A stretch of 64,000 nt of DNA from assembly GCA_965205025.1 (NCBI GenBank), contig CBDBFU010000020.1, forward strand, positions 128,001-192,000, in the 5' to 3' direction. A program made the translations under genes and the position numbers. Positions 37,236 to 47,516 of the stretch are shown here, one piece after another. Numbering within the stretch: position 1 is the stretch's first letter; every line of letters starts with the position of its first letter. The notes under the pieces are model-generated. The model did not search any database. It saw only the letters and a list, made by a program, of their open reading frames with translations, and was not told the origin of the DNA. The DNA is from Candidatus Poribacteria bacterium (GTDB lineage: Bacteria; Poribacteria; WGA-4E; WGA-3G).

Positions 37236-38293
37236 TGATTCTTTATCTTTGTATATCCTTCCATACAGACTAATCCTATTATGAGTAAACCTTGACCGGC
37301 AATAAACAAACCATGAGGAATATCTAATAAAAGTTCTACATCCAATGCAACTTTACTCAGAAAACCAAACAATATCGCCGCAGCAAATACACCAAATGGA
37401 TGATTTCTACCCATGAGAGCAACAGCAATTCCTGTGAATCCCCATCCTGGAGAGAAACTATGTACGAATCTGTAATGATATCCTAAGACATCCGCAACAC
37501 CTGCCATTCCTGCTATTGCACCGCTTAGAGTCATAACCCAGATTGTGACTGTTCCAGGATTTATACCTCCATAAGCTGCTACTTCTGGTGAATTCCCAAC
37601 TAAACGAAGTTCGTATCCCCAACGTGTGTATTTTAATAAGAAATAAAACATCATTACGACAACACAAGAAATGAGAAAGCTGGCATTTAATAGATTACTT
37701 TGAGGAAGTATGGGTAACCATACTGCTAATTTAGGAAGTTTTGCTGAATCATGGATTTCAGCTGTCTGTGGTTCCATTTGACCTGGATCTTGATAAACAG
37801 AGGTAACTAAATAGCTCATAATTGCAAATGCAATGAAGTTCATCATGATTGTATTTATTACTTCATGTGCTCCATATCTTGCCTTTAGTATCCCAGGAAT
37901 TGCCCCCCATATTCCACCGAAGACTATTGCTGCTGCCAGACAAAACGGAATTAGAATAAATGAAGGTAAATCCAAATGTATTCCTATCCAAGTTGCTGCA
38001 AAACCGGCAACATAAAGCTGACCTTCACAGCCAATATTAAATAAACCAGCCTTATAGCCAATAGCGACGGCAAGACCGGTAAAGATTAAGGGTGTTGAAT
38101 TGAATAAGATACTTCCAATGTCATCTATACTTGAGAATCCACTGCTAAGGATAAGTTGGTAGAACTCCCAGGGACTTTGTCCTCTAATGATTAGGGTGAC
38201 TCCGCATAAAACGAAAAATCCGATGATAGCAAGTACTGAGGGTAAGAAAGTATGCAGGAGATGTCTTACTTGAATAAATGGGGTCGTTGACAT
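37232..38293 (-). CDS. Nucleoside/sugar ABC transporter permease (NupB-like)
   Basis: GLFNIGCEGQ, EVINTIMMN and GFTGIAVALMGRNHP motifs. Confidence 0.88.
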   Translation of the reverse strand: MSTTPFIQVRHLLHTFLPSVLAIIGFFVLCGVTLIIRGQSPWEFYQLILSSGFSSIDDIGSILFNSTPLIFTGLAVAIGYKAGLFNIGCEGQLYVAGFAATWIGIHLDLPSFILIPFCLAAAIVFGGIWGAIPGILKARYGAHEVINTIMMNFIAFAIMSYLVTSVYQDPGQMEPQTAEIHDSAKLPKLAVWLPILPQSNLLNASFLISCVVVMMFYFLLKYTRWGYELRLVGNSPEVAAYGGINPGTVTIWVMTLSGAIAGMAGVADVLGYHYRFVHSFSPGWGFTGIAVALMGRNHPFGVFAAAILFGFLSKVALDVELLLDIPHGLFIAGQGLLIIGLVCMEGYTKIKNQ

Positions 38294-38643
38294 TATATTA
38301 CTTGTAGATGCATTTTATAGTATTTATTTTATAGTATTTATAATTCTTAGGTAGTCTCATTGATTGACAACAAATTACAAACTTGATATAATATAACCCG
38401 TAATTTAGGTTGATTATATTACTTTCATATTGTGTTTTTGTTAGTATAACATAGGTATTATACAAACACAATTTTGATAATTACTAAACTCAATTTATTC
38501 CTTAATTATATAGAATCCATTGCCGTTTATATCAAAACCATTAGGATGATTAGCCTAATAGACTCATATAATGAACAAAGACAGATACCATATTTACGAT
38601 TGAATTGAAAACGAATAATTAGATAATATACTAAGGCAAACTA

Positions 38644-40068
38644 ATGAATAAAACAGACCAAACAAAAACAGAAGTTTCCTCCAAAGATATCCCAGCATTA
38701 TTGGGTGGCACCCCAGTTTTTGATATATCTGAAGAGAAACCATTTCCTATATTAGATCAGTGGAAGCAGATTACAGAAGATGAGCCGAAAATCGTTAACG
38801 AAATGACAAAACGGAACGAATTGTCTGGGAAATCAGCTATTCTTCAAGACTTCGAACGGAAATGGCGTATACGTCATAACACAGAATACGCGGTATGTAC
38901 AACAAATGGCACAGCAGCATTACATAGTGCGATGTTTGGTCTGGGTGTTGGTCCTGGTGATGAAGTTATCTGTCCTACATATACTTGGATGGGTTCCATT
39001 ACTCCAGCTTTAATGTTGATGGCTAAACCTGTTTTCTGTGAGGTTGATCCTAAGACATTAGTAATTGATGTTGATGATGTACGAAAGCGTATTACAGACC
39101 GTACCAAAGCCATAGTCGCAGTACATCTTTGGGGTAATGTCTGTGATATGGACAGTTTAATGTCATTAAGTAAAGAATCAGGTGTGCCTGTATTAGAAGA
39201 CTGTTCCCATGCCCATGGGGCATCCTACAAAGGAAGAACAGTCGGTAGTATCGGAAATGTAGGAGCATGGAGTTTACAAGGTAGTAAAGCTGTAAGTGCC
39301 GGAGAAGGTGGTGTACTTGCTACAAACGATGTTAAAATATTCGAACGTGCATGTATGTTAGGGCAAGTAAATCGATCCATTGATAGCATTGGAGATCCTA
39401 AACTAAATCCTGCGGAACTTAGATATTCTCATCTACCTCCTATGGGATTAGGGGTAAAATACCGGGCACATCCATTAGCAATTGGTATAGCAACAATACA
39501 GTTAGAAAAACTTAATGAGTTAAATACGAATCGTCGGACATATATTCGAGAAATTAATAAAGGATTACAAGATATAAATGGTGTGAATCCTATTGCTCAA
39601 TATAAAGGTGCTGAACCTGCAGCTTTTTTCGGATTTCCGATTCATTATATTCAGGAAGAGATGCACGGTCTTCCTGCCCCTGTCTTTGCAGAAGCTTTAC
39701 GAAGAGAGGGGGTGTTAGCCAATAATAATCCTTATCCTCTATTGGTTGGAGACGGTGTACCTGTTTTTTCAGGTGGTCTGCCTACTAACAGTAACCCATA
39801 TCCATTACTACATACTTTACCACTCTTTTCTGAAGGTGTTGACATATTTACGAATGGTCGTGGTTCATTGTGCTCCCCTGAAAATGGTGGTGATTATGAA
39901 GGATATTCACCTGGAGACCTACCGGTTACAGAGACAATCTGTTCACAGTTAATTTTTTTACCGCTATTAACGAAACCCGTTTCTGGTGCTGCTGAACGAA
40001 TTCTTACTGCAATTCGTAAAGTATCTGAAAACTCACAAAAGATAGTCAACTCTTTAGAGAATAGATAG
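38644..40068 (+). CDS. DegT/DnrJ/EryC1/StrS-family PLP aminotransferase
   Basis: NGTAALH, GPGDEVI, EDCSHAHGA and SLQGSKAVSAGEGG motifs. Confidence 0.9.
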   Translation: MNKTDQTKTEVSSKDIPALLGGTPVFDISEEKPFPILDQWKQITEDEPKIVNEMTKRNELSGKSAILQDFERKWRIRHNTEYAVCTTNGTAALHSAMFGLGVGPGDEVICPTYTWMGSITPALMLMAKPVFCEVDPKTLVIDVDDVRKRITDRTKAIVAVHLWGNVCDMDSLMSLSKESGVPVLEDCSHAHGASYKGRTVGSIGNVGAWSLQGSKAVSAGEGGVLATNDVKIFERACMLGQVNRSIDSIGDPKLNPAELRYSHLPPMGLGVKYRAHPLAIGIATIQLEKLNELNTNRRTYIREINKGLQDINGVNPIAQYKGAEPAAFFGFPIHYIQEEMHGLPAPVFAEALRREGVLANNNPYPLLVGDGVPVFSGGLPTNSNPYPLLHTLPLFSEGVDIFTNGRGSLCSPENGGDYEGYSPGDLPVTETICSQLIFLPLLTKPVSGAAERILTAIRKVSENSQKIVNSLENR

Positions 40069-40257
40069 GTCAAACTTCTTAAATACCTCAATAAAGTCAC
40101 ATAACATCTAATTGACCATTCTCAAACTAACTGTAGAAGTTTTTTACAATCTGAATTTCTTTTATATTTTAGTCTGTAGTTTCTGATTTATCACCTTATT
40201 TACAATAGAAAATGTAAATAGTTCTAACTCCCATTTCTATTTAACAGAAGTAAAACT

Positions 40258-41967
40258 ATGACAATAGAATTTTCAAATGTAACTCGATCTGATAATATCA
40301 ACACATTAAAATCAGAACCTTTAGATGTATTAGTAATTGGAGGAGGTATTGTCGGGGCAGGTTTAATTAGAGATCTTGCATTAAATGGTGGTATAAAATC
40401 AGGATTAATTGATAAAGGTGATTTTGCATGTGGAACGAGTAGTGCCAGTTCACAGTTAATACATGGTGGTTTTCGTTATATATCAAAGTTAGATATTGGT
40501 CTTGTGAGACAATCTCGTAAGGAACGTGAAATACTCCACCACACCGCTCCTAATCTTGTTAAACCGATTCCTATTGCTATTCTTTGTTATAAGGATGATC
40601 CATATCCATTTTTGGGAGTTGATTTTGCTGCACGTGTATATAATCGTCTATCAAAATCGAACCAAGATGAAAAATCTGAAGTTATTCGAGATTGTAAAAG
40701 GATTGAAAACCTACTCGGTCCTATTGCTACTGAAGATCTAAAGGGTTGCGTTGTATTATGGGATAGTCAAGTTGATGATGCAAGATTAACACTTGCTATT
40801 CTCAAGGATGCACATCAACATGGTGGAGTAATTTCCAATTACATACGTTTTTTGGGGTATAACAAGTTGCCTGATAATTCTAATCCCATGTATATAGTAT
40901 CCGTAGAGGATGTGATTTCAGGGAACCGATTTGAAATTACAGCCAGACGAATTGTATCTGCTACAGGACCGTGGACAGATCAAATATGGGAGAAAGATCC
41001 AAGTTATGATGGACACCCACGCTTGGTAACAAAAAAGGCTAAAGGAATACACATAATCCTTCCTCGGTGCGCGGATACCTCTACAACTGTTCCATACGGA
41101 ATAGTAACAATTACTCAGTCAGAAAAAAATAAAAATGAGAAACAAAGAGCAATATTCATTTTACCTGGTCAACATGACACTTCTATAGTCGGAACAACTG
41201 AAACTACCCCAGAAAATGAACTTGAATCCGTATGTTCATCTAAGAAAGAGATAGATTACCTGCTATCGGAAACAAAACGTGTTTACCCCAATCTATCACT
41301 CAATAAAGATTCAATCATCGGATCTTATGCTGGTGTACGTCCACTGATTGCTAACAATGGTTCACCAAGTCGTATCAGTTCCCGTTCTGAGTTTGTATCA
41401 AGAGATCATCTCATCACTGATAGTCCAAGCGGCATTTTGTATGTATATGGCGGGAAATTAACAACACATAGACAGATTGCCGAAGAGACCGTTGATTATA
41501 TTGCAGATTCTCTAAATGTTACCAGAGATTGTAAAACTGCGTTGTTACCACTACCTGCAGCAATATCAGATGATATACCAAGCGGTAATACCCCAGATAT
41601 AGATACTGTAACATGCTCAACTTTTGCTGATGTCAGAGATAGATTAATCCATCGATATGGTATGCAAGGGTATTCTAAGATCACTAAGCTTATATCTGAG
41701 GATTCAACACTTTCTGAACCTATCTCTGAAACGTTACCATTTATTAAAGCGGAAATTGTATACTCATTTTGGGGGGAAATGGCTATTACACTTGAGGATA
41801 TACTCTGGCGACGTACCCGTATAGGATGGACACAAGGACAAGGGATGGATATTGCAGGTTCTATAGCAGAATTCATTGGAGAGAAAAATAATTGGAATCA
41901 AGCAAGAATTACAACAGAAGTTGAGAAATATAACAAACGTATAGACCTATTGAATTCGAATATATAG
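40258..41967 (+). CDS. glpD: FAD-dependent glycerol-3-phosphate dehydrogenase/oxidase family protein
   Basis: GGGIVG, DFACGTSSASSQLIHGGFRY, DDARL, AGVRPL and GGKLTTHR motifs. Confidence 0.8.
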   Translation: MTIEFSNVTRSDNINTLKSEPLDVLVIGGGIVGAGLIRDLALNGGIKSGLIDKGDFACGTSSASSQLIHGGFRYISKLDIGLVRQSRKEREILHHTAPNLVKPIPIAILCYKDDPYPFLGVDFAARVYNRLSKSNQDEKSEVIRDCKRIENLLGPIATEDLKGCVVLWDSQVDDARLTLAILKDAHQHGGVISNYIRFLGYNKLPDNSNPMYIVSVEDVISGNRFEITARRIVSATGPWTDQIWEKDPSYDGHPRLVTKKAKGIHIILPRCADTSTTVPYGIVTITQSEKNKNEKQRAIFILPGQHDTSIVGTTETTPENELESVCSSKKEIDYLLSETKRVYPNLSLNKDSIIGSYAGVRPLIANNGSPSRISSRSEFVSRDHLITDSPSGILYVYGGKLTTHRQIAEETVDYIADSLNVTRDCKTALLPLPAAISDDIPSGNTPDIDTVTCSTFADVRDRLIHRYGMQGYSKITKLISEDSTLSEPISETLPFIKAEIVYSFWGEMAITLEDILWRRTRIGWTQGQGMDIAGSIAEFIGEKNNWNQARITTEVEKYNKRIDLLNSNI

Positions 41968-42115
41968 ATTGACCTACTGAATTTCTAATTACTTCACACC
42001 TCTACATATAAGTTGTCATAACATTTCTTACTAAGCACACCTCTTTGTAATTACATTGTGATATTTTGAAAACAGATCTCGCTCTTTCCTTTTCTACTTT
42101 AGTCCGTCATTAGCT

Positions 42116-43126
42116 ATGAATTGGTTGCGTTTTGGTAGTCCTGAATATCTTTATATTCTATGGTTGGGATTTCCAGTCATAGCACTTTTCCTAATTTACG
42201 GTTATTTTCGTAAGAAAAAGTCCTTCCTATTATTTCAAAGCAGTATCCCTTCAAACCTTTTTCTAAAATACAAAATTCGAGTATTATTATTACTGTTATG
42301 TTTTGTTTTAATGAGTTTGGGATTAACACGTCCACAATGGGGAGCAAAACCAGAGAGTGTTTCAGAAAGGTTAGATGTAATACTTGCTTTAGATATATCA
42401 ACAAGTATGCTTGCAAAAGACGTAAATTCAGATAGACGTCTTACACAAGCTAAACACATAATGTCAGACTTGTTAACTCAACTTGGTGGAAATAGGGTTG
42501 GGTTACTTTATTTTGCTGAGGAGAGTTTTATTGTATGTCCATTAACACATGATTTCCATACTCTAAGAGATTTTCTGCGTGCAATATCTCCTGAAACCAT
42601 TGTCCACAGAGGAACAAATATTAGTAAAGCGATCAATCTTGCATCTTCAAGATTGATTACTGATCAAAACGTACTAAATACAGGAGTAATTAATAAGAGA
42701 GCACATAAGGTCGTAGTCTTATTTACTGATGGTGAGGATCACAGTGTAGAGACACTTACAGAAGTAGATTCAGCTCTAACTTATGGTATACATACCTACT
42801 GCATTGGTGTTGGGTCAGCAGACAAACCAATTCCGATATTACTTCCTGATAATAATAAAGGATATAAACGGGATATGAATGGCCAATTGGTATTGACACA
42901 ATTAGATGAACAACATCTTAGGGATATCACAGCATCTGGTAATGGTCAATATTATCATGTTAATGAAGGGGTATCCAAATTGGTTTCTGATTTATCCAAG
43001 CTTGAAAAGCAAAAATATAGCATTCGATCAAATGGAGAATACCAAGATAGGTATCAATGGTTTGTAGGATTAGCTTTATTGTTGTTGGTATTGGAATTCC
43101 TAATACCGAGAATTTGGAAGACTTGA
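42116..43126 (+). CDS. BatB-like VWA domain membrane protein
   Basis: LTRPQWG, LDISTSMLA, CPLTHD, FTDGEDH and C-terminal RYQWF-TM. Confidence 0.85.
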   Translation: MNWLRFGSPEYLYILWLGFPVIALFLIYGYFRKKKSFLLFQSSIPSNLFLKYKIRVLLLLLCFVLMSLGLTRPQWGAKPESVSERLDVILALDISTSMLAKDVNSDRRLTQAKHIMSDLLTQLGGNRVGLLYFAEESFIVCPLTHDFHTLRDFLRAISPETIVHRGTNISKAINLASSRLITDQNVLNTGVINKRAHKVVVLFTDGEDHSVETLTEVDSALTYGIHTYCIGVGSADKPIPILLPDNNKGYKRDMNGQLVLTQLDEQHLRDITASGNGQYYHVNEGVSKLVSDLSKLEKQKYSIRSNGEYQDRYQWFVGLALLLLVLEFLIPRIWKT

Positions 43127-43188
43127 GATAGTATGGGATGATGAGATTTGTGAATAAGAGGACAGAGATTAATAACTGAGTTATATGA

Positions 43189-44259
43189 TTATCCTGATTT
43201 TTTAAAGATCAATCCGTCAGGACGGAAACGCATCAATAATACCAGAATAACTCCAAAGATGAATATACGTGCACTTGAAAATTGAGGAATCTTAAGTAGT
43301 ATTTCACGTAAAATTTCACTTAAAGAACCAAGGAAAACTGCTCCAATGATTGCACCTCTAATACTCCCTTTCCCTCCAAGTATAACCATACATAGGATTA
43401 AAATTGATTCCCAAAATTCAAATGTCCTTGCACTAAGAATTCCCCAAAATGGAGCTAAGAATGCTCCACCGAGTCCTCCAATTGCTGCACTAATTGCAAA
43501 TGCGAGAGACTTATAACGACTTATATTGATACCCATACAAGAAGCGGCTTGTTCATCCTCTCGTATTGCAATCCATGCTCTTCCAACACGAGAATTCTTC
43601 AACCTGTATGTGACGAAAATAACTATGCCGATCAGAATAAGTATGTGGTAATAATGATGCCAATTTTGATATAACTCTATTTTGGTGGATGGTATTTTCA
43701 CGGATGGGATATTTTTAACAAAACCGTTAATGTCTTGAATTAACCAGATTTCATTTTTCACTGCAATACGGAGGAATTCTGCGAAACCAAATGTGACTAT
43801 TGCGAAATAATCCCCTGTCAAACGAAGTGTTGGTGCTCCTCGTATTAACCCCCAAAGACCACCATTCAATACAGCCAATGGAAGTACTATAAAATAACTA
43901 AACCCATGATGGGTCATCAAGAGACCTGCTGTGTATCCGCCAACAAGATAAAATGCAATATAACCAAGATCTAATAATCCTGTAAATCCACAAACAATGT
44001 TTAAACCTACAGCCAGTAAAATATAAACACAAACTTGGACAGAGATGTAGAGTATATATTCACCGCTCGGAAGAGGTATGAAGATATTTCGATCAGAGAA
44101 GAACTTTATAATAGAATCTATACCAAAAAGTATTGGTGGAAAGAACAGTACAATCAAGAATATGATGGCACGTGGTAGGGTAATATGATTTAGTATGAAT
44201 GAAAACTGGTTTTTTGAATATTCGAAGATATAATTGGGTGTTATTTTGTTTGACATCAC
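43189..44259 (-). CDS. livM: Branched-chain amino acid ABC transporter permease
   Basis: GFTGLLDLGYIAF, LRLTGDYFAIVTFGFAE and GRAWIAIREDE motifs. Confidence 0.9.
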   Translation of the reverse strand: MMSNKITPNYIFEYSKNQFSFILNHITLPRAIIFLIVLFFPPILFGIDSIIKFFSDRNIFIPLPSGEYILYISVQVCVYILLAVGLNIVCGFTGLLDLGYIAFYLVGGYTAGLLMTHHGFSYFIVLPLAVLNGGLWGLIRGAPTLRLTGDYFAIVTFGFAEFLRIAVKNEIWLIQDINGFVKNIPSVKIPSTKIELYQNWHHYYHILILIGIVIFVTYRLKNSRVGRAWIAIREDEQAASCMGINISRYKSLAFAISAAIGGLGGAFLAPFWGILSARTFEFWESILILCMVILGGKGSIRGAIIGAVFLGSLSEILREILLKIPQFSSARIFIFGVILVLLMRFRPDGLIFKKSG

Positions 44260-44304
44260 TTTGAATCCGATTACACCAATCTATTTGTCTGTAAGGAATG
44301 TCTG

Positions 44305-45336
44305 CTAAGCACGGTGACCTGTGGATTTACCAAATAAACCTGTAGGACGTATTAAGATCACGATGATCATGACGATATATGAAATAGCAACCCGATATCC
44401 TGATCCATAACTATTTGATATCGTTCCAGCTTCATAATATTCACCGAGACCAATGTTCTTGGCTACAAATTCAATTATTGGGTCAATGTAACCCGCACCA
44501 AATACTTCTGCAAGTCCCATAAGAAGTCCACCCACCATAGCACCAGTAATATTACCAATTCCACCAAGAACAGCTGCTGCAAAGGCTGCCACCCCTTTAT
44601 AGTATCCCATGGTAGGTTCAATATATTCACGGACACCCACCATCACCCCTGCAATTGCACCTAATGCGGAGCCAATGGCAAAAGTAATTGCTATCACTTG
44701 ATTTGTCTTGATACCCATGAGATTTGCTGCAATGCGATTTTGTGCACATGCACGCATTGCTTTACCTATCTTTGTTAATGAGACAATACGGTTCAACCCA
44801 ACCATTAAGATGACAGCGAGAAGAATTATAGATAGATCAAGATAAGACAATGAAACATTTCCGGGAAATTTAATTGCTACATCGGTAAAGTTTATACCTA
44901 TAAACGAAAAGTATATATTTGGTTCTTCAAGCGGGGTAACTTGTTGTAGGAATGATGGAAGGGTTTCTTCGGGAAATGGTTGAGGTTTAGCACCCCAGAT
45001 AATTCTTGCGAGATTCTGTAGAGCAATTGATACCCCAATAGCAGTAATTAATGCTGATAGACGTGGGGCATTTCTTATAGGTCGGTAGGCTACATAATCC
45101 ATTAACAATCCGAATCCTGCACAAAAGAGCATGCTAATTGGTACAGCTACCCAGAAAGAGAAATGGAATATTGCGACTAATGTAAATGCAAAGTATGCAC
45201 CTAACATAAAAACTTCGCCATGGGCGAAGTTAATTAGTTGGATTATACCATAAACCATCGTATAACCGACAGCGATTAGAGCATAAATACCACCAAGAAC
45301 TAAACCGTTAATTAATTGTTGAAGAAATACATCCAT
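44305..45336 (-). CDS. livH: Branched-chain amino acid ABC transporter permease
   Basis: QQLINGLVLGGIYALIAVGYTMVYGIIQLINFAHGE. Confidence 0.92.
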   Translation of the reverse strand: MDVFLQQLINGLVLGGIYALIAVGYTMVYGIIQLINFAHGEVFMLGAYFAFTLVAIFHFSFWVAVPISMLFCAGFGLLMDYVAYRPIRNAPRLSALITAIGVSIALQNLARIIWGAKPQPFPEETLPSFLQQVTPLEEPNIYFSFIGINFTDVAIKFPGNVSLSYLDLSIILLAVILMVGLNRIVSLTKIGKAMRACAQNRIAANLMGIKTNQVIAITFAIGSALGAIAGVMVGVREYIEPTMGYYKGVAAFAAAVLGGIGNITGAMVGGLLMGLAEVFGAGYIDPIIEFVAKNIGLGEYYEAGTISNSYGSGYRVAISYIVMIIVILIRPTGLFGKSTGHRA

Positions 45337-45405
45337 ATAGGAATACCTTTTAGTAACGGATTTCTCTGACCACCCTTATTCTATTTTAAGGATTGGAAAG
45401 AGATA

Positions 45406-46608
45406 TTAGTTCTGTGATCCGATATTATACATCTGTTTCTCAGCTAACGTAAATTCACCATCTTTTACGATTTTTACATAGGCAGGTTTATTAACAGTAT
45501 CACCATTTATGTCAAAATAGGTCAATCCTGTGATACCTGTGTATCCCTCCTCTGGTGTATCTAATCCAGCTAAATGATCGCGTATTGCTTTTCGGTTTTC
45601 AGCGAGTGTTGCTTTACTGTTATATGTTTTCTCAATTGCTTCTGCAATCATACCCATTGCATCATAAGTTAGTGCTGCCCAGGTATCTGGTGGTACACCA
45701 AACTCAGCTTCAAATGCTTTTGCTACCTTTGCTGCTTCTTCTCCACCTGCACCAAACGTGAATGGTGTTGCCAAGTAAGTGCCATTTGCTGCAGCACCGG
45801 CATTTGTTATAAATTCTGGAGAATCAATTCCGTCAGCCCCAAAGAATTGTGCTGTGATACCCAGAGTTCGAGCTTGCTTAACAATTAAGGCTGCCTGTCC
45901 ATATAAACCTGAAATAAGAATTATATCTGGATTATCAGCATTTAGATTAGTGAGTTGTGCTGTATAATCAGTGGTATCCCTATCGTAGGCGTTTTCGGCT
46001 ACAACACTTAAACCTATTTTTTTAGCTTCCGCAACAAACCCGTCTCTTAATCCTCTCCCGTAATCATCATTCTCAAAAAGAATACCTACAGATTCATGTT
46101 CAGTTAAAAACTTCTTAATATATCCTGCTATAAAAGCGCCTTGGAAATCGTCACGGTATAGATTTCTGAAAGTCCAATCACTACCTTGACATACATCAAC
46201 ATTAGTTGAACCAGGGGACAATTCCACAATACCGTTTTCCTCATATATACCCTTGCCAGCTAAAGAACAAGAACTGTTAAAGTGTCCAACAACTGCCAGG
46301 ATACGTCTGTCAGTTGCAAAACGTGTCGCGACTGCTTTTGCCTCTTTCTCTGTCCCTACATCATCACCAAAAATGAGTTTAAGTTGCCTACCTCTAATGA
46401 CTTCACCCGCTTCATTAATTTCTTTAATACCACCTGCTTCATTAATTTCCTTTGCTTTAAGTTCTGCGCCGCGTTGTATCATCTCACCAAAAGCAGCTGC
46501 GTTTCCAGTAAATGGACCTGCTACAGCCACCCTTACTTGATTCCCTGAATCACAACTGAGTACAAATACAAAAGGCACTAATAGTAGTCCAATCAACCAA
46601 TTTCTCAT
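45406..46608 (-). CDS. Branched-chain amino acid ABC transporter substrate-binding lipoprotein (LivJ/LivK-like)
   Basis: Lipobox VLSC; GPFTG, VVGHFNS and ENDDYGRG motifs. Confidence 0.88.
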   Translation of the reverse strand: MRNWLIGLLLVPFVFVLSCDSGNQVRVAVAGPFTGNAAAFGEMIQRGAELKAKEINEAGGIKEINEAGEVIRGRQLKLIFGDDVGTEKEAKAVATRFATDRRILAVVGHFNSSCSLAGKGIYEENGIVELSPGSTNVDVCQGSDWTFRNLYRDDFQGAFIAGYIKKFLTEHESVGILFENDDYGRGLRDGFVAEAKKIGLSVVAENAYDRDTTDYTAQLTNLNADNPDIILISGLYGQAALIVKQARTLGITAQFFGADGIDSPEFITNAGAAANGTYLATPFTFGAGGEEAAKVAKAFEAEFGVPPDTWAALTYDAMGMIAEAIEKTYNSKATLAENRKAIRDHLAGLDTPEEGYTGITGLTYFDINGDTVNKPAYVKIVKDGEFTLAEKQMYNIGSQN

Positions 46609-46670
46609 TAATTCTTACTCCTTAATACTACAGTGACGATATTGTTGCAATGATAAAAATGTATGAATTC

Positions 46671-47516
46671 TTACTTCTCAGCAACAACTTGTCTGAAATC
46701 AAATTTAAACTTTAGTTTTTCTTGTTTATTTTTTGAGACAACAATACGAACTTCAGGAACAATTATTCGCATATCTGTTGTGTCAAGACCCAATTTATCA
46801 AATACTATATATCCACTACGTTTAGCCCCATGAAATAACTTGCCACTTTCAAAAAGACTATCTGCTACTATCGCATGTCCATCTTTCAACGCTTCCAGAT
46901 CTAAATAAGTCTGGTAGTATGGATAATATCTACGCACATAAGGATGGTGGCTTGGTGGAATGGCAGTTTGTCCATTGTTATCTATATTTTCATATAGATC
47001 CTTAAAGTAGTCATACGGGAGATTAGCGTATTGAGCACCACCATAATCAATAAGTAATGCAGATTCATCAACTAAGACACGAGAAGATTCAAGATTATGA
47101 ACTACTAATTCAAAAACTGTGTAAATTGGGGTTACGTTTCCATTATTTTCTACAATTATATATGGATTAATGCGTGGGTTCTCAGTTAAGGAGAAAAGTT
47201 CTACTTCGTCAAGTGGCCTTAGGGTAACCGCGACACCTTTTTGTACTATGGTTACTGCCCCTGTTTCAGGGTTCATTGATGTGTTAGTGGAACTTTCAAC
47301 AGGTTCAATGAAGACATCAATAGTCGGTTGTGGTGTCATTGCACAACCCACTATCAAACCGAGAAAGAATATCATAATTCCAGAATTCAAAACCAGTTTC
47401 AGAATATTGGCATTATTGGTATTTTTCACAACCTTCTCCCTCCAATTTGAGTGGTAGATTACATGTATTTTACATATTAGTATCTGTATTGTCAACCGTT
47501 TTAACAGTTTTTTCAA
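46671..47516 (-). CDS. Hypothetical lipoprotein (true start probably downstream of 47516)
   Basis: Long ORF in the operon; lipobox-like LIVGC. Confidence 0.6.
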   Translation of the reverse strand: MKKLLKRLTIQILICKIHVIYHSNWREKVVKNTNNANILKLVLNSGIMIFFLGLIVGCAMTPQPTIDVFIEPVESSTNTSMNPETGAVTIVQKGVAVTLRPLDEVELFSLTENPRINPYIIVENNGNVTPIYTVFELVVHNLESSRVLVDESALLIDYGGAQYANLPYDYFKDLYENIDNNGQTAIPPSHHPYVRRYYPYYQTYLDLEALKDGHAIVADSLFESGKLFHGAKRSGYIVFDKLGLDTTDMRIIVPEVRIVVSKNKQEKLKFKFDFRQVVAEK

